Shown here in pieces: positions 8,453 through 18,654 of a DNA stretch of 64,000 nt. Below the pieces are notes generated by a model that was not told the origin of the DNA, made no database searches, and saw only the letters and a list, made by a program, of their open reading frames with translations. Positions within the stretch are counted from its first letter, which is position 1. Each line of letters begins with the position of its first letter. This DNA comes from an uncultured Acidobacteriota bacterium (GTDB lineage: Bacteria > Acidobacteriota > Thermoanaerobaculia > UBA5066 > Gp7-AA6): contig CAWHKQ010000015.1 of NCBI GenBank assembly GCA_963829925.1, positions 354,025 through 418,024 of the forward strand, read 5' to 3'. The position numbers and the translations under genes were made by a program.

Positions 8453-11400
8453 ATGGCGAGGGGCGCGGGTGGGCGCCTCCGATCTCATTCGATATTCAGG
8501 AGGTTGAGATGGCTGCGGATCCAGTCCTGCGCTCCGTGTGACCCTTGCCCGGCGCCGCGGCGATCCTGGGGTTTCCTCTTGCGCTCTGCGGGGATCGCCC
8601 TCGCCGCCCTCGCCGCCCTCGCCCCGCCCGGCCGCGGCCAGACAGAGCCCGTTGCCGGCCAGAACGTGAACATGGTTTCCGGCACCCAGTTCCCGGGCGG
8701 CGATCCCTTCCTCCAGCGCCAGAATGAACCGTCGCTCGCCGTTTCGTCGCGCAACCCGCTGCATCTGCTTGCCGGCGCCAACGATTATCGCACCGTGGAC
8801 CTGCCGGTTTCGGACACGGTCCCGGGGTCGCTGGCAGGCGACGCCTGGCTCGGCGTGTTCAAGTCCTTCGACGGCGCCCAGTCCTGGCAGAGCACGCTGC
8901 TTCCCGGTTTCCCCCAGGACCAGTCCCCGGAGGGCCTCGCTTCGCCCCTGAAGGCCTACAACGCGGCGGCCGATCCGACGGTTCGCGCCGGGACGAGCGG
9001 CCTCCTCTACTTCAGCGGCATCGCCTTCAACCGCGGCACGAACAACGGCGCGGTCTTCGTGGCGCGGTATCTCGACGCCAACCAGAAGGAAAACGGCGAC
9101 GCGGCGCTCGGGAAGGACACGATCAAATACGTCTCGACCGTCGTGGTCGACACCGGAACCTCCGGCCAGTTCATCGACAAGCCCTGGATCGCGGTGGACA
9201 TTCCGCGCGCGGGCGCCGCGATGTGCACGTTCAGCCCCTTCGGGACCCCGCAGAGCTTTCCGGCCGGAAACGTCTACCTGGTCTGGAGCCGATTCACCGG
9301 CAGCACGAGCACCAAGATCATGTTCTCACGTTCGCTCGACTGCGGGAAGACGTGGTCGAACCCTTTCAAGCTCTCGGAGTCGAACTCGATCAATCAGGGA
9401 ACGAACATGGCGATCGACCCGGCCTCCGGCGCGATCTACGTCACCTGGCGCCGGTTCGCGGCCTCGAGCCAGCCGGACGCGATCCTGATCGCGAAGTCGA
9501 CGGATTTCGGGAAGACTTTCCCGTCCCGAAACACGACGACCGTCGCGACGATCGCCCCCTTCGATCAGGGCACCACCCCGACGCAATTTCGGACGAATGC
9601 GCTGCCCACGATCGCCGTTTCGGTCGACGCCTCGGGCGCCAGCCGCGTCCACGTGGCCTGGGCGCAGCGCAACGCCTCGACGGGGGACGCTCAAATCGTG
9701 ATGTCGACGTCGTCGAGCGGCGCGACCTGGGGGACGCCGGTGGCGGTCGACACCGGGGCGATGACCGACGACTTCGGTCACGCGTTCTCCCGGGGCCATC
9801 AGTTCATGCCGCAGCTGACCTTCGTGGCCGGGCGTCTCGTGCTCGTCTACTACGACCAGCGGCTCGATCACACGCTCGGCTTCCACATCCCGAACAACCC
9901 GTTCGCTCCGGACCCGGGATTCGGGCCGGACCCGCAGGGGCGTTTCTACCTCGTGCGGCGCGATCCGAAAGGGCGAGCTGCCGGCCCATCCCGAGCAGGT
10001 CTTCACGCTTCAGATCGACGACGCGACGCTGACCACCCGCCGGCACACGGTGGACCTGCGCGTCGCCCGAGCCTTCGCGGGTGCCGCGCCCGACTTCACG
10101 TCCGCCACCGTCTCGCAGTACCGCTTCGGCCTCACGGCGGCCGACACGGGGCTGCCGACCGGGCTCACACAGCTGCAGTTCAACGCCCCGAACCTGCCGC
10201 TCTTCTCGCAGGGGACGATTCCGTTCCTGGGGGACTACATCGACGTCGGCGGGGCAGAACTTCAAGGCGAACGGCACGGGCGGCTGGGCTTTCAATACCT
10301 CCGCCTCGAGCCCGCTGATCGCGTACGCCACCTGGACCGACAACCGCGACGTGAAACCGCCGATGGACGGCAACTGGGCGAACTACACGGCGACGGGCCC
10401 GGTGCACCAGAGCGTGCTCGACCCGGCGCACCAGACTCCGCCCTGCGTCAACGGGCAGGAGGGCATGCGCAATCAAAACGTCTACAGCAGTCGGATCACC
10501 GAGGGGCTGGCCGTCGGATCGCCGCAGAACGTCAAGCCACTCTCGGCCACGCTCCAGCGCTCGTTCGTGGTGACGCTGCAGAACCTCACGGGCCAGCAGC
10601 GCACGTTTCGCCTGACGGTCACCCAGCCCTCGGGGGGACAGGCCTCGTTCCTGCAGACCACCTCCCAGACAACGCTCGACGTCACGATCGCCGCGCGCTC
10701 GGGCGCCGCCCGGCCCGTGTTCGCGAAGTCTCCGAACGTGGCCGCCAGCTTCACGGTCAACGTGGCCGAGGTCGGCGGGCCGCTTTCGGGGTCGATCGTC
10801 ATGAACCCCGAGGGCTCGGTCTCGCCGCTCGCGCAGCCCGACGGCACGACGGCCGACATCGGGACGCTCGAGATCTACACTCCCGGCTTCCAGGTCTGGA
10901 ATCCGGCCAACCCGAATCCGTTTCTGAACATCTCCAACCCGAACCAGGTCCTCAACATCTCGAACCTCAACATTTCCAACGCCGAGCCGGCGATCCTGAA
11001 CATCTCCAACCTCAACATCTCGAACCTGAACATCTCGAACCTCAACATCTCCAATCCGGACCCGGCGGCCCTGAACATCTCGAACCTCAATATCTCGAAT
11101 ACGACGGCCGCGAACCTGAACATCTCGAACCTGAACATTTCGAACCTGAATATCTCGAACGTCCCCGAGAGCGACTCGACGTACGCCGTGGTCAACTCCG
11201 GGAACACGGCGCACTCCTACCGGATCGCGCTCTACGGCAACAACCCGTACGGCAACGTGCCGCTCCAGGTCATCGTGACGAAAAACTCCACGACGCCTGC
11301 GAGCGTGAGCTGCGTCCTTCTGAACCAGCCCCAGAGCGTCGTCGTGTCGAACGTCAACGACGCGTTGATCTCGCCCGACCTCGCTTCGGCCACGAACCCG

Positions 11401-12858
11401 AACATTTCCGACTCGAGCGTCTCGAACTCGACGATGGCCCTGGCGCCCGGCGAGACGGCATTCGTGACCCTGCGCGCGGCACTGACGCCGGAGCAGATGG
11501 CGGAGTTGACGCGCAGCCTGACGCCGGTCGTCACCGCGCACGGCACCAACACGAACGGATCCGCGCCGGACTTCGCGGCGCTCCTCTCGATCCAGACGGC
11601 GGGCGGGACGACGCTTCCCGCGGCCCTGGTCGGGACTTCCTACAGCACCACCCTGCAGGCGCTCGGCGGCAAGCCGCCCTTGGCGTGGACGCTCGCCCCG
11701 GGAAGCACGCTGCCCACGGGGCTGACGCTCTCGACGGGCGGAGTGATCTCCGGCACTCCCTCCGCCTCGGGAAGCTTCACGTTCACCGTGAAGGTGTCCG
11801 ACTCGACCCCGGGGACGCCGCAGACGGCCACCCAGCCGTTCAGCCTTTCGGTCAACGGCCGGGCGACGGCGACCTCCATCGCCCTGGGGACGAATCCCGT
11901 CGTCGTGGGCCAGACGTCGTCCGTGACGGTCACGGTGACCGACACGCAGGGCAGCGGGGCTCCGGCGAGCCCGACCGGGACCATCGCCCTGACCGGTTCC
12001 GGGCTATCGGCGTCGAGTTGCGTCCTGGCGCCCACGGTGGCCGGGGCTTCGGCCTGCGCGGTGACGGTGACTCCGACCTCCGCCGGGACGTCCGTCATCG
12101 GTGCGAGCTTCTCCGCGACGTCGGTGCACCTGCTGAGCGGCGCGACGACCGGTCTGACGGTGAACCCGGCCGACACGGCGACCACCATCGCGTCCAGCCT
12201 GAATCCGTCCGCCCTCGGCCAATCGGTCACCTTCACGGCGACCGTGACGTCCGTCGCGGGCGTTCCGGCGGGAACCGTGACCTTCCGCGACGGGTCGGCG
12301 ACGCTCGGCACGTCGGCGCTCACCGGCGGCGCCGCGAGCTTGGCCACGGCGGCGCTCTCGGCCGGTCCGCATTCGATCACGGCGGTCTACGGAGGGAGCA
12401 CGAGCTTCGCCGGCAGCACTTCGGGCGTCCTGAGCCAGACGGTGACGGTCCCGGTTTTCTACACGTTCACGGGCTTCCTGTCGCCGATGGCGCCGGCGGG
12501 GACGCTGGCGGCGCCGAGCTTCTCGGGGAGCGCCAACTACGGGTCGGCGACGCCGGTCAAGTGGAAGCTCCAGGACCCGGCGGGCAACTTCCTCTCCGAC
12601 CTCTCCACGACACAGCTGCTTCAGGCCGTCGCCTACACCGGCGGGACCTGCTCCGGCCAGGCGACCGGCCAGGCGTACGTTCTCTACAAGCCGACGGTCG
12701 GCGCAACGGGCGGGAGCACCTTCCGGTACGACTCGGGCATCAACCAGTTCATCTTCAACTGGGACACGTCCTACGTCGCGGGCCCCGGCTGTTACGAGCT
12801 CGAGCTGCAGTTGAACGACGGCAGCGCGATCAAGGCGACGATCGAGAGGCTCCAGTAG
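8453..12858 (+). CDS. giant secreted multidomain protein: BNR/Asp-box propeller, pentapeptide-like LNISN tract, He_PIG-like and Big-like Ig domains, and a PxKF-like C-terminal domain (2 frameshifts; start uncertain)
   Basis: Four Asp-boxes are present (SFDGAQSW, SLDCGKTW, STDFGKTF, SSSGATWG). Frame changes fall at ~9970 and in GGGG at 10251-10254. Ig-like segments include LTLSTGGVISGTPSASGSFTFTVKVSD and SLNPSALGQSVTFTATVTS...TVTFRDGSATLG...GPHSITAVYGGSTSFAGS. The end reads GSATPVKWKLQD...CYELELQLNDGSAIKATIERLQ. A hydrophobic leader GIALAALAALAPPGRGQ is present. The best RBS-ATG pair (8498-8511) is in another frame. Confidence 0.7.
10924..11160 (+). repeat. in-frame 15-bp tandem repeat (CTSAACATYTCSAAC) encoding 12 LNISN units
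   Basis: Read directly from the sequence. The LNISN units occur in blocks of 1, 2, 4, 2 and 3. The last three spacers are 5 residues long (AEPAI, PDPAA, TTAAN), so the pentad register is kept from the third unit onward. Confidence 0.9.
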
Positions 12859-15796
12859 GGTCCAGCCGGCGGCGGGCGTCGGCGGCGAGTGGGCCGCCCT
12901 CGCCCGTTTGGAAAGAGAGAAACGTCCGGAAGGCTTCGGCGGCTCCGGCGCTCTTCAGTCCTTCGCGGGTGCGGCCGAGGTAGTAGTAGACGGGCGGAAA
13001 AACGCGGAAGGTCGGCACCTCGTCGAGGTAGACGGCCGCCGCCTCGCCGCGCCGCTTCACGCAGGCGTCGAACTCGGTGTCCGCCTCGGTGAAGGAACCC
13101 GCCTCCAGGTAGGCCCGCCCGAGGGCGTACCGAACGAGCCACGAGTCGGCGACTTTGCGGGCCTCCTTGAGCCGGGTGATCGCGTTTCGGTAGCTCCGTC
13201 GTTCGAGCTCCGCCTCGCCGCGCAGGAGCCCGGCGTACATCTGCGGATCGGGCTCCAGTCGCGCTTCGAGTTGTCCGGCCGCGGCGAGCGCCTTTTTCTC
13301 CTCGCCCGCTGCGATGAGAACGCGGGCCGCGCTGACGACTACGGCAAGCTCGCCGCTCATGCCCATCGCCCGCTCGGCCTGCGAGATCGCCCGGGCCGTC
13401 TGGCCGCCGGCGAGATCGGCCTCGGCGAGCGTCGTCAGCTTGCGGGCGGCCTCGTCGGTGTTTTTCGCCGCGAGGTCGGACTCGATCGCGCTCTGGAGAA
13501 CCGTCCGGGCGTCGGCGATCCGTCCCTGGTAGAGAGCGAGGTCCGCCAGCCCCGCCGCGGCCGAGGAGGCCCCGGCCGGGCCGATGGCGGCGAGCCTGTT
13601 CCAGGTCGCCAGGGCCTCCTGCGGCCGTCCCGCGCCGAGCTCCGAGAGGGCGAGGCCGACGTAGGCCAGCACGAACTGCGGGTTCATCTGGAGGACCGTC
13701 TTCTGCTCGCGGGCGCCGGTCTCGAAATCGCCGGCGTACATCGCGATGAGTCCAAAATTGTTTCGTTGCGGGACGTTCTTCGGGTAGATCTCGATCGCGC
13801 GGCGCCCCCAGGTGAGGGCGTTCGCCATGTCCCGTTTGACGAAGTACGCGAAGGCCAGGTTCGCGATGCCCGCGGTGTCCGCCGGGAACTGCCTGACCAG
13901 GGAAGTGAACTCCTCGATCGCGTTGTCCGGGTTGCGAATCAGGAGGTAATACCCCCCGCGGGTGCGGTACTTCTCGCGCTCGCTCATCCGGTCGATGCGG
14001 GCCAGGGCTTCCCTGTAGTTCTTCTCCGCCGCCTGGCGTTGCCCGCGGTTGCTCTCGACGGCTGCGAGGCCCGCGTAGGCCCGGCCGAGGTTGGGATCGA
14101 GATCCAGGGCCTTCCGGTAGCGGCGGATCGCTTCGTCCCATTGGCCTTCCCACTGCAGGTTCTGCGCGACGGCGTATTCGTGAGCGGCCTCGAGCGACCC
14201 GGCCGTATAAGTCTCCGCGGCGGCGAGCTGCGTGGACTCGGGCGTGGCGTCGCCGAGCGCCTTGCGGACCTGCGCGGCGAGCCGGGCCACCGAAGCGAGC
14301 ACGGCCTCTTTGCCGGACGCGCCCTCCCGGTCCTCGACGATCGTTTTCCCGGTGCCGGCGTCAATCGCCCGAACCGAGACCTCGTAGCCCTCCCGGCGCT
14401 TCTCGATGGAACCGGAGGTCACGACGTCGACGCCCTCTCGCACTGCGACCAGGCGGGCGAGAGTCTGGTCGAGGCCCGTGGCGCCCGGCGAGAGCTGCGC
14501 GGCCACCTTGCGGGCCGCGCTCCGGTTGTAGGAGCTGACGAACGAGGCTCCTTCGAGCGCGATCGTGAAGGCAGGCTCGAGTGTTCCGTCGAAGACGGGG
14601 TCTCCGGCATGATTGGCGAAATCCGCCACCAAAACCGACTGAGTCGGCTGCGCGGTGGGCGTCGTGGAGCGGCCCTTCTGGTACAGCCAGAAGCCCGCGC
14701 CCGCCAGCAGCGCCGCGACCACGGCCGCCGCGGCCGCCGGCCGCACCAGCCGCCGCGACATCGCCTGGTAGCGGACCGCCGACCGAACCGACTCCGCGTT
14801 CAAGTCCTCGAGGATCTGCTGGACGTTCTTGTAGCGCAGGTCGAGATCGACCGCGAGACAGCGCTCGATGATTTTCTGCAAGTAGACCGGAAGCTCGGGG
14901 TTGAGCTCCCGGACCGGCTTCGGCGGGCGCTGGATCCTCTGGACCATGACCTCGAACGGGGTGGCGCCGCCGAAGGGGACGGTCCCCGTCGCCATCTGGT
15001 AGACGATGACGCCGAGCGAAAAGATGTCGGACTGCGGGCCAACCGGCTCGCCCTTGACCTGCTCGGGCGACATGTAGAACGGGGTCCCGATGACGGCGCC
15101 CGTCTGCGTCATTCCCGATTGCTCGGCCGATTTGGCCAGTCCGAAGTCGGTCACGTAGACCCGTTCCGAGGCGTCGAGCATGATGTTCTGGGGCTTCAGG
15201 TCCCTGTGGATGACGCCCTGATCGTGCGCGGCTTTGAGGCCTTCCGCGGTTTGGCGGAAGACGCGCAGCAGCCGGTCGGTCGGGAGCTTTCCCTGTTTCT
15301 TCAGGATCGTCGAGAGGTCCCGACCGTCGACGAACTGCATCGTGAGGAACTTGATGCCGTCGCTCTCTCCGAGGTCGAAAACTCGCAACACGTTGGGGTG
15401 CGTGACCCGGCTGGAGAGCTGGATCTCGCGCTTGAAACGCTCGAGGGCGTCAGTGTCCTCGGCGATGTCCGAGCGAATGAGTTTCAGGGCGACGTCGCGG
15501 TCGAGCCCCTTGTCATGGACGAGGTACACTGCCCCCATTCCGCCCATGCCGAGGAGGCTCTTGACCCGGTACCGTTGGCCAATTTCGAGGCCTGCGGGCA
15601 GGACGAGCGAGGACACGCTCCGCTGGGACTGGCTGGCCCACTGCTTGAAAGAGGCCGGGCCTCCCAACGTGGGCACCGAAGTCAGCTCCGCGGGGTGGGA
15701 CTCCTCGGCCAGCGGGGCGCCCGCGAAGCCGAAGCCGCAGTACAGGCAGCTCTCCGCCGGCTCCGCGTTGGGCGTCTGGCACTTGGGGCAGATCAT
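12830..15796 (-). CDS. Ser/Thr protein kinase with an N-terminal zinc ribbon, one TM helix, a periplasmic alpha/beta sensor module and TPR repeats
   Basis: Intact from MICPKCQTPNAEPAESCLYCGF. Hanks-type kinase motifs are present (GMGGMGAVYLVHD, VALKLI, HRDLKPQNIML, DFGLAK, GTPFYMSPEQ). The TM helix is AAAAVVAALLAGAGFWLY. TPR-like helices run to the C-terminus. The 3' end overlaps the convergent giant gene by 29 bp. Confidence 0.9.
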   Translation of the reverse strand: MICPKCQTPNAEPAESCLYCGFGFAGAPLAEESHPAELTSVPTLGGPASFKQWASQSQRSVSSLVLPAGLEIGQRYRVKSLLGMGGMGAVYLVHDKGLDRDVALKLIRSDIAEDTDALERFKREIQLSSRVTHPNVLRVFDLGESDGIKFLTMQFVDGRDLSTILKKQGKLPTDRLLRVFRQTAEGLKAAHDQGVIHRDLKPQNIMLDASERVYVTDFGLAKSAEQSGMTQTGAVIGTPFYMSPEQVKGEPVGPQSDIFSLGVIVYQMATGTVPFGGATPFEVMVQRIQRPPKPVRELNPELPVYLQKIIERCLAVDLDLRYKNVQQILEDLNAESVRSAVRYQAMSRRLVRPAAAAAVVAALLAGAGFWLYQKGRSTTPTAQPTQSVLVADFANHAGDPVFDGTLEPAFTIALEGASFVSSYNRSAARKVAAQLSPGATGLDQTLARLVAVREGVDVVTSGSIEKRREGYEVSVRAIDAGTGKTIVEDREGASGKEAVLASVARLAAQVRKALGDATPESTQLAAAETYTAGSLEAAHEYAVAQNLQWEGQWDEAIRRYRKALDLDPNLGRAYAGLAAVESNRGQRQAAEKNYREALARIDRMSEREKYRTRGGYYLLIRNPDNAIEEFTSLVRQFPADTAGIANLAFAYFVKRDMANALTWGRRAIEIYPKNVPQRNNFGLIAMYAGDFETGAREQKTVLQMNPQFVLAYVGLALSELGAGRPQEALATWNRLAAIGPAGASSAAAGLADLALYQGRIADARTVLQSAIESDLAAKNTDEAARKLTTLAEADLAGGQTARAISQAERAMGMSGELAVVVSAARVLIAAGEEKKALAAAGQLEARLEPDPQMYAGLLRGEAELERRSYRNAITRLKEARKVADSWLVRYALGRAYLEAGSFTEADTEFDACVKRRGEAAAVYLDEVPTFRVFPPVYYYLGRTREGLKSAGAAEAFRTFLSFQTGEGGPLAADARRRLDPTGASRSSP

Positions 15797-15974
15797 GAAG
15801 CGGGGCGGCCCGGGCTGATACGGATGATCTTCATCTCCTTGGCGGGCCCGATTGTAGCTTCCCCGGCTTCGTCTGCCGCCGGACGGCCGACGTTGGCCGG
15901 CGCCGGGACGCCGTTGGCCGAAAAGCGCGGAGACGAGTTCCTCGGCATTTCGTAGTTTGCGGGTGAGGGACAAC

Positions 15975-16748
15975 ATGAACGAAAGAAACCAATTCCCGCT
16001 CAACGGCAAGGTCATCGCCGGTTTCGTGCTCCTCGGTGTCGGCATCCTGTTCGGGCTCCAGAGTCTCGGGTGGATCGAGGGATTCGAGATCTGGGAATTC
16101 TGGCCGCTCATCCTGATCGTCGTCGGCCTCAACCACGTGATCCGCCCGCGGCAGCCGGGCCACCGGACCTGGGGCTTCTTCGAGATCGCGTTCGGATTGT
16201 TTTTCCTGCTTCGGACCCTCGGCGTCTTCTGGATCAGCCTCTGGAAGGTCTGGCCCGTCTTCTTCGTGTTTGCGGGACTCCACCTGATCTGGCAGGCGTG
16301 GTACAGCCGCCGCGCGGCCGCCGCGGCCATCGGCGAGCGCGCCCACGAAGGCGCCATCGCCGGGCTCGAGGCAACGCGCGGCCTGCGGGAGCCGAGTCCG
16401 TCCTCCCGCACGCTGGAGGAGCTGGCGGTCTTCGGCGGGGGGGACCGCGTGGTCCGGACCGACGACTTCCGAGGCGGCAGCATCAGCGTGATCTTCGGGG
16501 GCTTCGACATCGACCTGCGCGAGGCGGTCATGAAAACCGACTCCGTGACGATCGACGTCTTCGTGTGTTTCGGCGGGGTGGACCTGCGCGTGCCCGAAAA
16601 CTGGAACGTCATCATCCAGGCGGCGCCGATCTTCGGAAGCTCCGAATACAAGCCGCCGCCGGGTGGCCCGCTCACGCCGGCAGCCGACCGCAAGACGCTC
16701 ACGATCACGGGGGCCGTGATCTTCGGCGGCGTCGAAGTGAAACAGTGA
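15975..16748 (+). CDS. LiaF-like (DUF2154-type) membrane protein
   Basis: The N-terminus has several TM helices. The C-terminal segment FGGGDRVVRTDDFRGGSISVIFGGFDIDLREA...VFVCFGGVDLRVPENWNV...GAVIFGGVEV is typical of the LiaF C-terminal domain. The ATG at 15975 has a GAGGG-type RBS. The track ORF begins at a TTG at 15957. Confidence 0.6.
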   Translation: MNERNQFPLNGKVIAGFVLLGVGILFGLQSLGWIEGFEIWEFWPLILIVVGLNHVIRPRQPGHRTWGFFEIAFGLFFLLRTLGVFWISLWKVWPVFFVFAGLHLIWQAWYSRRAAAAAIGERAHEGAIAGLEATRGLREPSPSSRTLEELAVFGGGDRVVRTDDFRGGSISVIFGGFDIDLREAVMKTDSVTIDVFVCFGGVDLRVPENWNVIIQAAPIFGSSEYKPPPGGPLTPAADRKTLTITGAVIFGGVEVKQ

Positions 16749-16808
16749 CATGCGAGATCGTCCTGACATGGGCTCGTCATTCGAGCAAGCAAGGATCCCA
16801 AGCTCCTG

Positions 16809-17871
16809 ATGCATCCCCTCCTCGCGCGCCGCGGCCGCCTGCTGCCTTATCTGGCCGCGTGCGCGCCGCTGGCGGCGATCATCACGGCGCTGCTGGCCCG
16901 GCCGGGAGGTCTCACGTTCGGGGCGGCGGTCGCGCTCGCGGTCCCCCTGACGCTGGCGTACGCGTTCATCGGGCTCTCGGCCTGGTACCCGTGCAAACAG
17001 TTTCCTCTGGGCCGTGGACGAATCCCGCAGATGGTGGCGACGTTCGTCGCCGGCGCCCTGGTCACGAGCTCCCTCTGGGCGCTGCTCGGGAGCGGGCTCG
17101 CGCGACTGCTCGGCGCCCTGCCGCAGTTCCCGAACCTTCCGACTCACTACGCGGCCCAGGTGCCGGCCCTCATTGCCACCGGCGTTCTCCTGTATTTCCT
17201 GTACGCGGCGCTGCACTACGTCCTTCTCTCCTTCGAAGCGACGCGGGAGGCGGAGAGGAGGGAAGCCGAGATGCAGATCCTCGCCCGCGAAGCCGAGCTG
17301 GCCGCGCTGAAGGCCCAGATCCAGCCGCACTTCCTCTTCAACAGTCTGAATTCCATCTCTTCGCTTGCCGGCAGCGACCCCCCGCGGGCGCAGGAGATGT
17401 GCGTGCGCCTCTCCGAGTTTCTCCGCAAGAGCCTGGCCGTGGGGGAGACCCGGAGCATCGCGATGGGCGACGAGCTGGCGCTGTCGCGCGCCTACCTTTC
17501 GGTCGAGGAGATGCGGTACGGGCCGCGTCTGGTGTTCGAGGAAGACCTCGACGAGCGGAGCGGGAGATGTCAGGTGCCTCCGCTGCTGCTTCAGCCCCTC
17601 GTCGAAAACGCCATTCGTCACGGGATCGCGACCTGCGTGGGCGGGAGGCACCGTGCGTCTGGCCGTCCGATTCGCGGGCGGCCGGTTGCGGATCCTGGTC
17701 GAGAACCCCTATGACCCGGAATCTCCCGCCCGGGCGGGAGTCGGCCTGGGTCTGGCCAACGTGCGCCAGCGGCTGGCCGCCCGCTACGGAGGCGAGGCCT
17801 TGTTCGCCGCGAAGAGGCTCAAGGACCGCTTTCTCGTCGTGATCTCGGTGCCGGCGGAGCTGCCCGCGTGA
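16809..17871 (+). CDS. LytS-type sensor histidine kinase (one frameshift near 17648)
   Basis: TM-rich N-terminus. The His_kinase (PF06580-type) motif is LKAQIQPHFLFNSLNSISSL. The ATPase part LLLQPLVENAIRHGI continues in a second frame as GGTVRLAVRFAGGRLRILVENPYDP...GVGLGLANVRQRL. Confidence 0.8.
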
Positions 17872-18636
17872 CGCCCGCCCCGCCGCCGGTCTCGGAGATC
17901 CGCGCCCTCGATCGTCGACGACGAGGCGCCGGCGCGCCGCCTTCTCCGGGACTATCTGGGCCGCGTGCCGGGCGTGCAGATCCTCGGGGAGTGCGCCAAC
18001 GGCCTCGAGGCGGTGCGCGCGGCCGGCGAATCTCCGCCCGACCTGGTGTTCCTCGACATCGAGATGCCGAAGCTCAACGGCTTCGAGGTGCTGGAGCTGC
18101 TCGACCCGGCGATCGCCGCCGTGTTCGTGACCGCCTACGACGCGTGGGCCGTCAAGGCGTTCGAAGTCCACGCGGTGGACTACGTCCTGAAGCCCTACCC
18201 GCCCGAGCGGATCGCGGCGGCCGTGGACCGGGCGCGGGAAAGGCTCCGCGGCAAGCCCGCGGTGCGCCCGGAGGAGCTCTCGGCGGCGGCCCGCCCGCAG
18301 GGGACCTGGCTCGAGAGGATCGTCGTGCGCGACGGGTCCCGCGTGCAGATCATTCCGGTCGAGAAGCTCGCCGCGGCCGAGGCCCAGGACGACTACGTGG
18401 CGCTGCGAAGCGGGGGTAAGACGTATCTGAAGTCCCAGACGCTCGCGAGCCTGGCCGCGGCGCTCGACCCCACGCGGTTCGTGCGGGTGCACCGCTCGCA
18501 CCTGATTCGTCTGGAACAGCTCGAGCGCCTCGAAGCGTACGCGAAGGGCAGCTACGTCGCGATTCTGAGCGACGGGTCGCGCGTTCCCGTCAGTCGCGAA
18601 GGACACGCCCGGCTCAAGGCGCTCCTGGAGCGCTGA
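17868..18636 (+). CDS. LytTR-family response regulator (one frameshift near 17908)
   Basis: The GTG overlaps the kinase stop (GTGA). The receiver domain reads IVDDEAPARRLLRDYL...DLVFLDIEMPKLNGFEVLELL...YVLKP. The LytTR domain reads IVVRDGSRVQIIPVEKLAAAEAQDDYVALRSGGKTYL...FVRVHRSHLI. Confidence 0.85.
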
Positions 18637-18654
18637 GAGTAGGATCGTCCGGAC

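Noticed and set aside
10924-11160. Short regular direct repeats that could superficially suggest a CRISPR array
   Set aside because: The unit is only 15 bp and lies in frame inside a long coding region. It encodes LNISN. The spacers are 12-15 nt of coding sequence. There is no leader and there are no cas genes.
4318-12858. Functional link between the GT-C glycosyltransferases and the NIS sequons of the giant protein (protein N-glycosylation system)
   Set aside because: The genes are on opposite strands and separated by E2. No oligosaccharyltransferase (PglB/STT3) motif such as WWDYG was seen. The sequons lack the D/E-X-N-X-S/T context. I mention it only as a low-weight speculation inside the LNISN finding.
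12830-16801. 1323-aa ORF suggesting a much longer kinase
   Set aside because: The upstream ~335 codons are low-complexity Arg/Pro/Ser-rich sequence antisense to the LiaF-like gene. Kinase homology begins at MICPKCQ (ATG at 15796).
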